A DNA stretch of 64,000 nucleotides from Acanthaster planci (Eukaryota): positions 4,694,934 through 4,758,933 of the forward strand of contig NW_019091356.1 of assembly GCF_001949145.1 (NCBI RefSeq). The letters run 5' to 3'. Each line of letters opens with the position of its first letter. Position 1 is the stretch's first letter. The notes under the pieces were generated by a model. The model was not told where the DNA came from. It searched no databases and was given only the letters and a program-made list of their open reading frames with translations. Below, one piece after another: positions 13,065-24,900 of this stretch. Both the position numbers and the translations under genes were made by a program.

Positions 13065-13925
13065 AGAATAAAGCTGAGTGTTGTAAGCTAGCGGTATAAT
13101 CACTTTTAACTTGGATTGTGGATAGTTGAATTTTCTTCTCTTCTGCACTTTGCCAGAAAATCGTGCACCAAAACTTGAAGTTGTGAATTGAATATTAATG
13201 GGAGCCATTAAGTGAATACTTCATAGACTCAGAATCCGTCAAGAGATTTAAAATCTCTCCAATAGAAGTGCATGTAATTTGGTGCTGGCATAACGATCAT
13301 GTATGTAAAATGAATGGTATCAGCTTTTGAATTTAACTATTTTTTAATTAACAGAGCAGCTGTAAGATTTATGGGCACTTTCCTCAAGTAGCTGATTTAG
13401 TTGGAAATCTATGTTTTTGTTTTTGTTGCTTTTTTTCTTTCAAAATGACGTTGGTATTGTCGGTAAGCATAAGTTGAAACAGGGTCAATATTTACATGGT
13501 ATTATTGCTTTCACCTGCCACGCCCACTTTTTTCGCACAGCGTAAAATTTAATTTGGATAACTTCGCTTTCTATTTTTGTATTTACCAACACGTGCATCC
13601 CTTAGCCGTTTATTATTTACGTTTCTCATCGGAGATACGTTAGTCCATGTATTGATGAATGTCTTGTTGTAGACTCAAGGCAAGCAGAGAATGGCCAATA
13701 AGTACTGGCAACTTACCGCAAACTTCAAACAGGGTGACATTGGGTTCGTATTCGCGGACATTCATGTTTACGCTAGCTGCCGCGCCTTGCTTGCTGTACC
13801 TGCTTAGTCTGGTACCCAGGCCTGTTGGATTGGAGAGAGTATGGTGGGCGAAATATATGTCTATGCAAATGAAAGCAGAGTGTGTGAGTCTGTTGCTTGT
13901 CCTTGTGTCTTATCTTATGAGAATA

Positions 13926-14169
13926 AGGCCGTTTTCCAGTACTCAACTTCGGCTCTGTCTCAGGCTTCAACTGTTTTTTTTACCACCTGACTTTGAAGCT
14001 GTAAGCGCAGTAATCAGTCTAATAGTGCCACAGAACATCAAATAAGATGCAAGAGAGCAAAAAATTACAGTAATCCAATGTAATTTAAACGCTTTAGGCC
14101 CACAATCGGGGATTGGTTTTGGGAACGGAGCCTGAGACAGAGACGAAGTTGAGTATTGGAAAACGGCCC
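13926..14169. mobile_element. MITE with ~42-bp TIRs (possibly PIF/Harbinger-like)
   Basis: GGCCGTTTTCCAGTACTCAACTTCGGCTCTGTCTCAGGCT ... AGCCTGAGACAGAGACGAAGTTGAGTATTGGAAAACGGCC. Confidence 0.75.
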
Positions 14170-15979
14170 AGGTTGCAGGACAAAAAGCAAAACATGATTG
14201 GCTTCATATGAAAATGCTAAGAAGAGTTGCCAGTGTATTTTGGAATCGTCATTCCCTAAGATATAAATCTAAGTTAAGTTTTTTCTTCACATTCAGGTTG
14301 AAACTATCCAAGGTAGACAGTTTTCTGCTGAATTTGATAGACACTAGAACAGGTATCTCAGGCCTTTGTGGTCAGGAATGGATTGTCTTCCATTCTCTGC
14401 TCAGAAGATGTGGAAACTTAACTTAAATCGTCAATGCAGCAGACATTTTACTACTTGCTGGAATATCTAATCTAATTTTAGTCACTTTACAGAGAGGCAT
14501 ATCAAACCTTTTCAGTATTTCCGTATTAAATGAGTTTTTGCTGAGGGATAGTCTGTGCTTGTTATAATTTGTGACACCTGTCGGAACTGATCTTTTTTGC
14601 AGGCTGAATAATGTCTACCTTTATGCAAGGCTGTATTTGTAATATTATATCTGCTTTGTTCAGTTCAGGTTTAGTAAGCTTTACTTTTGTAAAAGGTATT
14701 CATCAGTCGCAGCCACGGAAATGAAATATCTGATGGAGAAATGCTTTGTTTTATACCCAGCTTTTGTTTTCATGTCAGTAACTTTTTCGTATTTGTTTCG
14801 ATGTCTATGGGGACTTTATACGTAATTTATTGTTTTGTTTGTCTCATGTTCTATTTTACCCTTGCATTTACTTGATTTTCAAAATGATACTTCATATTTG
14901 GTTTGAAATTTGCACATTGTAAAAATGCAGTTTGTTCTTTTGGGCGATCAATAACTTGTTCAGATTTGAAATATCCACCATTACAAAAAGAAACGAAAGC
15001 AAAGCAATATTAAGCCCAAACCACCCCGAACTAGTCTGTTATCTTGGAATAATATTGAATGACATAACTGTTGAACTTGTGATACAGATAGATGAATCTT
15101 TGTGGGTATGTTTGACTTGGCTCAGATTCAGCCTAAGTAAACTCTGTGCTGTGAAACTGTCTGATACTAATATGAATATTTGCTTTGATAAGTATTAAAC
15201 TGTCGGGGTTGAGGTCAACAACATCCTAAACCAAGGCAGTTGAACTGTTGACTGTCTTCGGACAATTCAAGGGATCGTCTAGCTGGGGTGGCTCTGTTTC
15301 CCCACGGTGGATAGGATGAGATCAATCAGTCGGTCACAGTCTTCAGCCGACCACAGGTGGAGCACCGCAGTGTTGCATTGATTCTCCGGAAGTGACGACA
15401 CAAACCAAACTGTCCCTCAATCCACCTCGTTTCCGGCATGGATTACCTAGGCTGTTCAACACTAACAGCTCTGTAGTCAGGGCGTTCACATTTGCCGGGA
15501 TATGTATTTCCTTTCAGGCCTGTCAGTCTAATTTGAAACGAGCTCGATGGCTTACCGCAATTTGATTTCCTCCACGAGCGTCGCAATTTAACAAGAGGAT
15601 AAACATGCTCAGTTTATACCGTGCAACGAAACCTGCATGCGTGCATCGTGGTTGAGACATAAATTACGTACTGCACACGTCGGTTTGCAGCCTCGGGAGC
15701 GCAGGCGTACTTGTATGAATGCGGTTTGAGCACGGGGTAGACTAGGAACTTCTTCCGACCCAAGGTGGCAGCGCACTCAGGAGGTCACAGGATCAGGCTT
15801 TGTTATTGGTGTTGTGTTCACGAATACATGTACTTGTATAACTAGTTCATTTGTTCGCTGTCATTGTTTAATATACTGATGCTGTTGCTTTCGATTAGTT
15901 CTTCTGTCATCATTGGGAGTCAAACATTGAAGTGTGACTACATTTTGGAACTAAACTATTGCAGCCCGCATTCGACATA

Positions 15980-18900
15980 ATGTATCGTCGAAATCTCCGG
16001 GGATTATTTTTCGTGTTCGCTGTTGGAGTCTTCGTTTGTGGACGTGAATGTCAAGCGTTCAACATGGATACTACCATGCCAATCACACGGACGGGGCCAG
16101 CCGACAGCTTGTTTGGCTATTCTGTTGCTTTACATCGAGAAAGTGGATCTACAAACGTGTGAGTTATCAGAAAGAATCATCGTTACTGCCTGTACGCCTG
16201 CGTTTGTTAATCACGGTTATTTTGGGGGGAAAAAACTTGCAAAAGCAGGTTTTATCTCAAGGCCCAATGTCACGTGAGACTCCATGGACAATCCACATGG
16301 TTAATTACTCGTGATGATTATTTGAAATCAAATTAAGGCCTCTTTGGCGTTGCTTCGTTGAAAACACGTTTTATATCATATCCAGAGGTACAACACACGA
16401 CTTTGCATACTGTAGGGTCACGAACAGTAACTAGTCGCTTTTAAATCATAAGGCACTTCAATTAAAATATAAAAGTGGGAAAGTGTTCCAACGTCCAAAA
16501 GATTAATGTTCAACATGAGACTCATTGTTAATAGTCTCGCTATTGCCAAAGTAAATGAGATTTTCAAATTTCTTGTAGGCCTACATCGTTTATTTTCCAC
16601 GTTAAAGCTTTCATACTTGATCGAAACCAGTCAAAAGGTTGGAAGAAAAAAATGATAAGCATATGGGAATAATGCACTTGGGACCCTGCCGCGGCCGGTG
16701 AAAAAAAAGACACACTTCTCGAATATTTCCTGTTATCGCAACGGACACACTGCAGCTAAACCTACCCAGCGGAAATAACAATCGACACACACATCCGCTT
16801 TACTTTTGATGTCAGACTCTGGAACTCCTTTCACAAAAAAACCGACTTTCCTTGCTAAATTTTCTCCACTTTCCATTGCTAAGGTATATGATTACAGGAT
16901 AGTACATCAAGAAGACACATCTAAGGTCGTTTTTACGTTGCACGCCACCGGTGGCTTTGATGTCTCAATTACACGTATTTAAGTAACTTTGTGTTTATTG
17001 TCAAACTTGAATCATAAACAGCCTGAGTACACGCTTCTTAAAAACTGATCACATTATGAATCCTCAGTGAAGCTAAGGACACAGTATTGTAAGTGAAGAC
17101 ACAAGAAAGGTGTGCGTTTTAGGGTACCTGTAAAAATACTTTTGAAATCGGAAGATCATATAGCCCGAGCTGTCAGGGTTACAGGATTATCACAACCGAC
17201 ACCAAGGTCACATTGAAGATCTGACCACTTGATTGCTTGTAAACTGTGCCACAGGCCTAATGTTTGGTAATCAAACCGATACATACAGACTTGGGAAATG
17301 TTAGCATATTTGGCTTGCGATTGCTCTTTTTGCACCCCAGAAACTGTTCCTTAAACCAGTTTTGTCAATAAAAAGGGCAAAGGGAAATTGACAAATAATG
17401 TCCAGAAGAGATTCTTCTTTCATTTTCTGTTATTCTAAAAGATTAACGCTTCCTGCTTTATGCTTAACATGTGGTTTGTATCCCAAACAGCACAATTGGC
17501 AAAATAATACTGATGTTGCATGGTATCATGGCCAAATTATTAACAATCATGACTCATTCGAAAGATAACGAACTTTTCCTATACTGTAATAATTGTATAG
17601 GAATTGTGGGGCTTTTACACACAGTCGTGTGAAATAAAAATGAAACTGTCGGGTGAAGGCCATTTCCTGCTCGAGGAAAATATAAACTATGAATATAGAT
17701 GATAAAATATTTTCCTGCTTGATGTTTAACATGTGGTTTGTATCCCAAATAGCAAAATTGGAAAAATGATAAAAACTGAAGTTGCATGTTAACAATTGGG
17801 TGAAGGCCATTTTCTGCTGGAGAAAAATATAAATATTGCGACCAAAGAATTGGATGCACTTCAATGTTTTGATCATTTTTTAAATGAAAGTTCCCTTTTA
17901 CAAAACTCATTCGACACAATTCCGACTGCTAATGCCAGCCACAGCAGTGGCACATATTGAATTTTTTTTTTATAAATGTAATTATTGAAATAAGTATTTC
18001 TTACTTGTAAAAAAATATTTGTAAGTTAAGTACACTATGAATTAAATTGTATTACAGTGTTTCTGTTCTTCAGAAATTAATGGAAAATTAGGAAGCCATA
18101 CACACTTTAAACCTGTTTTTGTCATTTGCATAACTATTTGATTTATGGTTACCCTCTAGTGTCCATTGCATGTGTCGAAAGCTGAGAATGAACTGAATCT
18201 TATGCAGACCTAAACTTGACATAGTCCTTTGATTTGTGTTAAGGTTGTTGGTGGGAGCACCTCGTGCACAGACTAACCAGCCGGGCGTAGAACGAGGCGG
18301 TGCTGTGTATCGATGCCCCGTCATGGCAGAGGACTGTCAGCAAATCACTTTTGATTCTTCTGGTTGGTATAGGATTACGCGATTAAACTAAGGAAAAGGA
18401 AACATCATGAACGTGTTGCGAAGAAATGAGAAGTGCTCGATGGTGCTGTTACGCCCCAACAATGGTCACGGTCCCAACTATACTTGGGCTGGTCCCAACT
18501 ATAGTTAAGCCGGTTCCAACTACGGCCCAAGTATCCGCCGCGAGTTGAAGTGCACCCTCACCGGCGAAAGAAAGACAGCCGGGTGGGAAGTTTTCCAACT
18601 GGGATCTTGCGCGCGTTCGGCGTTTACGCGAGGACCATTACATTCCAGCATTAAATTCGTTGCACGTATTCAGCGTGCCCCACGCGAAACTAGTCTGGTT
18701 CCCTGCCCAAAGATTCCTTGACGACCCTCGATAAAAAAATCTTAGGTCAGGCATCACCCACGGATATACACAGATATGACGCAAGGGTTAGGGGTCACAA
18801 GTTAAGAGACTGGGTGTTTTCGATTTCATCAGTAGCAACATCTCAAAAATGAGGCTTTTCCCATATCCAATGGGCAATACTGCAAGTGTATCCCCACTGG

Positions 18901-21900
18901 GAGCATGTTTCAGGCACAGAGCCTGCATTGGTTGAAGAAAGTTATATTCTGCAATCCGCCCGGCATTTCGATCGGCCAAGGCGACGTTTGATTTCATTGT
19001 GTAATAGTCAAATGTATTGTAGGATCAACAGCTGCCATTAGGATACGGGAGTTTACGTTCAATAGCTGGCCTACCTACCCCGCTGGGAATAACCGAACAT
19101 CAACGGTACCATCCGGACATGCCAAATATGGACGGGACGGCTTCGGAATATTTGTGCTATTTCCAGAAAACTCGAGGAATTCCTCCGGTCTTGGTCACGT
19201 GGACATTGGGTGATGCCAGACCCTTGATTCGTAGAGTAGTCAGAATTATCGGGTCCGTATCCAGACTAACGCGAAACGCGTATTAACTTACGCGCCTACG
19301 CGATGAGTTCATACCAACGGGGTCAAGTTCGATCAAGGACCACTAGTTGATTTGTGACGTACTCGCACTTGTGCTTTGAATTTGAGGTGCAAATGACCCT
19401 AGTCAACTGTTGTCAGGTCATTAGGCTGAAGGGGGGGGCGTGGCCGCAGGAAGGGCAAACTACCAAAAATAAAAGCGAAAATGGTCGTTTACAGAGGACC
19501 TACTGTTTTTCTGGCAATTTCCTTATAACTGGTCCTCTCTGCACTGTGCTTTCAAAAACAGTTTATGGTTACCAACGAACGATGCGATCAACCTCGGCTG
19601 GTTGCGAATAGTTGACGAGACTAGTCCACCCATCGTTGACTTGCGTACGTTCGATCAAAGTTAGTCGAAGTATGGTAAACTGTGGTCTTTGATCGAATTT
19701 ACCCCGGGATATCAATTTCATTTAAAAACACGCCCTCTTTTGTTCTCGCTCGGAGCAGATAGTTGGGACTGAGGCAATAGTTATGGCTAAACAGTGCTAA
19801 TAAAATTTGTTTACTCTTCAGCATTCTTTTTGTAATTGTGGTTTTCATTTGCATGCATCAGATTATCATATTTTGTCACTGCCAACTGTGTTCAGCTTTG
19901 CCACAGCGGTAACTGTACTGTTTGTGCGTTGGAGAGTTACATTTTGTTCGGATCCATTACCAGGGCATGAAATGGACGTTTTTGGGGATCAGTTTGGAAG
20001 TAAATCCAATCAATTCTTCGGTGCCACTCTGCACAGCAGTGGACCAGATGGACCAGTCGTGGTACGTACATACCTGTAGCACCGTTCAGTTTGCTAGTAT
20101 ATTAAAGAAGGCAGCACGTGACTCCATTCAGTGTGTATGATACTTTTGTTGATGGATGCCATTCTTTTTACTGTCGACGACAGAGGTCCTTTAATGTGCT
20201 ATAACCAATATTACTGTCGACGACAGAGGTCCTTTAATGTGCTATAACCATTATTACTGTCGACGACAGAGGTCCTTTAATGTGCTGTAACCCTTTTCAC
20301 TGTCGACGACAGACGTCCTTTAGTGTGCCGTAAAGCCTTTCTACTGTCGACGACAGGTATTTGCTAGCTTTCTTTATGGGAGTTCTTTTTGATGTCGACA
20401 GTATAGGTGCGCTTTCAATTGTTTTCCCCATTTTTTCTTCGACAACAGGCGTGCACTAGCTTTGTGTATTGTCCATTCGTTTTATTGTCGACAGTATATA
20501 CTAACTTTGGTTATGCCTTTCTTGTCACTTTCGGTTTCAGGCTTGTGCTCCTCGTAGAGTTTGGACAGTGGATGATTTTAATTCTTCGACCACTCAGCGA
20601 TACCTGGCTGGTGGATGTTTTGTTGCCAGAAATGACTTCCTTGATATAACAGAAATCACTCCGTGTGAAATTCCAGGTAGGCTAAATCGAGACAGGGACA
20701 GATGACAGACATACTCTGTATGAGTGTCTTATATTCGCTCGCCAACTTCAGGTGTTGGGATGAGTAATGTACATGTTGTCTATCCACCTCGAGCAGAAGC
20801 ACCCCCTCATCGGTTGAAAAGAGCCGCGTTGGTCGGAAGTGTTCAGTTTTTTAGTGGCGATGTGGCCGTCACGCGTGCGCTTTCTAGTTGTTCATGAACT
20901 AGCAAAGTTCATTTACGACCGAAGGAGCCTCCGTTGCTAAGGAAATAGCGCTATCTCTTGGTCTAACTCGAGACCCATAGCGAGGTGATTTGGCTTCAAG
21001 TTAAATGGGGGTCAAAGTATGGGGGTATCGTTTAATGAAAGGACTGTGTATATTAATTGCATCTCAACTTGAAAAATACATATTCACTCCGCTGTATGTA
21101 GGTTGGTGACGGAGTTCTTAACGTTGATATTGTTTTTTTTCTCTCTCCTTTACCTGCCGCCATGGGACAGGGGATGACCTTGGCATCGACTTCATCAGTT
21201 ACTGTCAGGCTGGACTGAGTGCATCCATTTCGCAGGTTGGTTGCTTATGTCTGATTTGCTCTTTGGAAACGCCCGAAGGCTTTTCAAAAATGTATGAAAG
21301 TGAGCAAAGACACCGGAGCGCAAGGGTGCAGCTACCTAAAAAAAGGGAATGAAAGCTGTAACAAATAGCGGATCACACAAAGTAAACCACATTTAACCTG
21401 AAGTGAGAATCACACTTGAGATTTTGTGTTTTGTTTAAATATTTGTAGCCCATCACTTGAAAGCGTTGTTAAGCTGTTTGGGTTTGTCTGTGACCTTTTG
21501 TCTCTTAGGATGCAGAATTACTTCTTGGTGCGCCTGGGAGCTTTTATTGGCAAGGTATGGAATTCAAGGAAACAACGATGTGTTCGGCTCTCCATATCTA
21601 ACCACCCCCCCCAAAATTGCCCAATTAAAACTGAAATTATCATTCGACATAGTTTTAATTTGATTTTCTCAAAAGTTGTTCGTAGTTAAGATATTTTGTC
21701 AGGTTTTACCAAATTATGAGACATGTCGACACATGCATATTTTCCCAAATATTAACTTATTTCATCACAGTGATCGTCGGTTCCTTGTACACATCCCTGA
21801 CTGGAAGATGTATTTTCCATTTAAGGTCAAGTCATTTCCGTTAACGTCAACGATCCAACGGCAACTCTCTACAGTCGAGAACGATCCTACTCACATGACA

Positions 21901-24900
21901 ACTATTATCAGGGATACGCTGTGGCTAGAGGGCGCTTCGGCAATGGTGGCGTGTATGCAGTTAGTGAGCCTCGCTCTACCGAGTTCCTGGGAATGGTGAG
22001 TAAAAGAGGTTTCTGCTGGACCAGCATTTGTGTTGAAAAGAATTTTAACACTCAACCTCAGCCTTACAAATATTCAGTCTGGTTTTGAGTGACTGGATGT
22101 GTTATCTCCTTTAAAAAGGCGGATCCAGGATTTTCCAAATGAGGGGCGTGATCCCGGATTTTCCAAACGGGCGGGGGAGGGGGGAACATTAACTAAAAGA
22201 GGGGCAGGGTAAATTGCCGTACGGCGTGGGTCCCGGAGCCATTTTGGATTCTAGGCACTCTGTGGTGCAATGTCAGAGAATATGACACCTCTTTTTTCCC
22301 TTCTCCTTCCATTTTTCTTCTTTTTTATTTATTTACTTGGTGAAAGGGGGAAGGGGATGAGCCCCCACGCCCCTCTGGATCCAAGGCTGCTCTTATATGT
22401 CACCCAAGGAAACCAACTACTGATAGTGTACCAACCTTAAAATAAGATGGTTATTGTGAGGAAAAAACTGTTGTCTTGTTTTGTAATTGCATTCACGCTT
22501 CCATCATGTGACGAGTACTACTCGAATCGTATACAAGAAAAAGATCTTTTTAGATTAAGTCAGTCTGTTGGTGTCGCTTAAAAACGAGAGAAGATTCATT
22601 AAATCATTGTCCAGTGTGGTATCACGATGCAAGTTTTGAGTATTTTATCCAACCAATCCGAGTTTGGGTTTCCCTTTTTTCTTTTTAATTAATCATTCAG
22701 CATCTTGTGCCTCCTTTAGGTATCCATCTGGAATGGAAGTTTCATCTTGGTCGATACAATTTACGGAGAGCAGATGTCGGCGTACTTTGGACATTCCTTG
22801 GCTGTTACAGACGTTAACGCAGACGGGTTGGTTTCAAACTACGCCCTACTGTTTGTCTCCACTAGTACCCACCGATAAAACGCATTCCAGAAACCAGCTC
22901 AGCTCCTTGGCTGGGTTTAAAGATTTTTTTGTGTTGTCAAGGCAGTTCTTCCATGGGCCTTAGTTTCAACAAATAGCCGCATAATCTCTTATAACTTTTT
23001 ATTTTATGCCAATTCCAATCTTTATTCTGTTTATTTCAAATAGAATACAAGTACGATACGTAAAGTTTTTATAACTGGCTTCATTTCCAGTTTCCGAATG
23101 GCAATAGAGCATAAGATTCCTGTACATGTATTAAGCAAACTGACCAAACGTTTTACATGAGACACTACTACCATCACTTGAAGTTTTTCTTTAACTTTTG
23201 ATTTGACAGTCTTGATGATCTCATAATTGGTGCTCCAATGTTTGTCGACCCGGACAACTTGATCGACAAGTGGGAGGTCGGCCGAGTATATGTCTACTGT
23301 CAGGTTGTTGATGTAAGTTGCAGATCGGAAGACAATTGGTATAAGGCAATACCTTGCGTATTGAAAGACCATTCCTGTATAAAGCAATACCAAGAGGACA
23401 AAAATAATTATGAGAACTCTTAGTATTTTATTCCTGGACCAATCGTGAGCGTTTTTACAATTGGTGGGTATCTCAGATTAAAGCATATAAACACAGTTCA
23501 AGTTATGTCTATCCTATCTCGGATTTTTTAGGACCTCTTTCGCTACTTGTTCGTTGTTTTAGACGAAAAGATGAATAAGATAAAAATGAAAGCAGTAAAT
23601 GTAAAATGATATGGTAATATCCTTCCACGTGTGCTTCATTATATCATGCGTTGTTTTATCACAATGCACAATTTCCCACTTACATCAACATTATATGATT
23701 TTAGAGAGATGTTTTTCTCCTTTTTTTCAAGGGACATTTCACGAAAACAGACGTCATGACTGGGACGCATCCGGGTGGGCAGTTTGGATTTTCTGTGGCA
23801 GCAATTGGAGACGTAAATAAAGACGGATTTAATGGTAAAATCAGCATTAACCAAGAAACATCATCTTTTATTTCATAATGATGACAACTGAGGATGTAGT
23901 TATCCAGCGAACTGAGTCCATGATTCACCATGCTTCTTGATATCCATACTAGAATTTGTTTTCAACCAAATGATGATTTCATTTGACATGTTCTTTTGTC
24001 AATAGATGTAGCCGTGGGTGCCCCATTTGCTGGCGAGGATGGTTCTGGTATTGTGTATATTTTTCAAGGACGAAGAAGAGGAATCAAACAGACAGCAACA
24101 CAGGTGTCGTTATCAGCGAAATGAAAAGTTTTAGCAGTTTATCTAAAATTAGGCGTTTTAATATAAAACGTTGTAAAACAACACAAAAAGACTTTTTGAT
24201 GAATGGGGGCATTGACAGACAAAATTAACCTTATCCAGTTCTGAGTCATATTAAAATTTCAGAGCATTCCCTGGTCAGTCAATTAATCAGACTTCAAATT
24301 TATTGCAGACTCAACTTGAGATAGAAGAAGCATTAGCGATACAAAGTAGAACGATGTTTTGATTTCGAGGTACAAAATGAAGGTTAAAATTCTCCTACAT
24401 ACCTTTTGTTCCAAAACCTCGCGAATTGAGAATAGTAATACCTGAAAATGAAGTTGTAATCAACTGAAATATTTTTGCTTGTTCTTTGTTTTTGTCTGAT
24501 GTGTTTTGTATATGCAGATGTTAAGGCCAGTGGATTTTGATCTAGATATCGTGTCTTTTGGAACTGCGTTATCAGGTGGACTTGACATGGATGGCAACAA
24601 TTATAATGGTGAGGAAAAAAGAAAAGTACAAAGCCCCCCCCAAAAAAAGGACTAACATCTTAGGGTTTTTGTCACTAAAAATATTGTCGGACAGCCAGCT
24701 AAACGTTTCACATTTATTTCAATTTCTTTCCCAGATATTCTTGTTGGAGCTTACAAGTCATCAACGTCTGTTCTCGTGAGGTGAGGAAATATCGTCATTA
24801 ATTTTAATAAATTACAAACCTACAGGAAACGTTTATACAAAATATCACTTTTCAATAAACTGCTTTGATAAAACGTTAAGCCCCTTTTAATTTTAAAGTA

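Larger units (their letters stand above)
18446..19794. mobile_element. Outer non-autonomous TIR element hosting two nested insertions (integrin intron 2)
   Basis: Imperfect TIRs CTGTTACGCCCCAACAATGGTCACGGTCCCAACTAT ... ATAGTTGGGACTGAGGCAATAGTTATGGCTAAACAG. Confidence 0.6.

Noticed and set aside
18788..18997. Host RecQ helicase gene or exon
   Set aside because: It is only a short fragment, enclosed by TIRs and a TSD, and no other helicase motifs occur in the window.
20169..20356. CRISPR-like array of palindromic repeats
   Set aside because: The intervening sequences are near-identical rather than unique spacers. It is in a eukaryotic intron with no cas genes.
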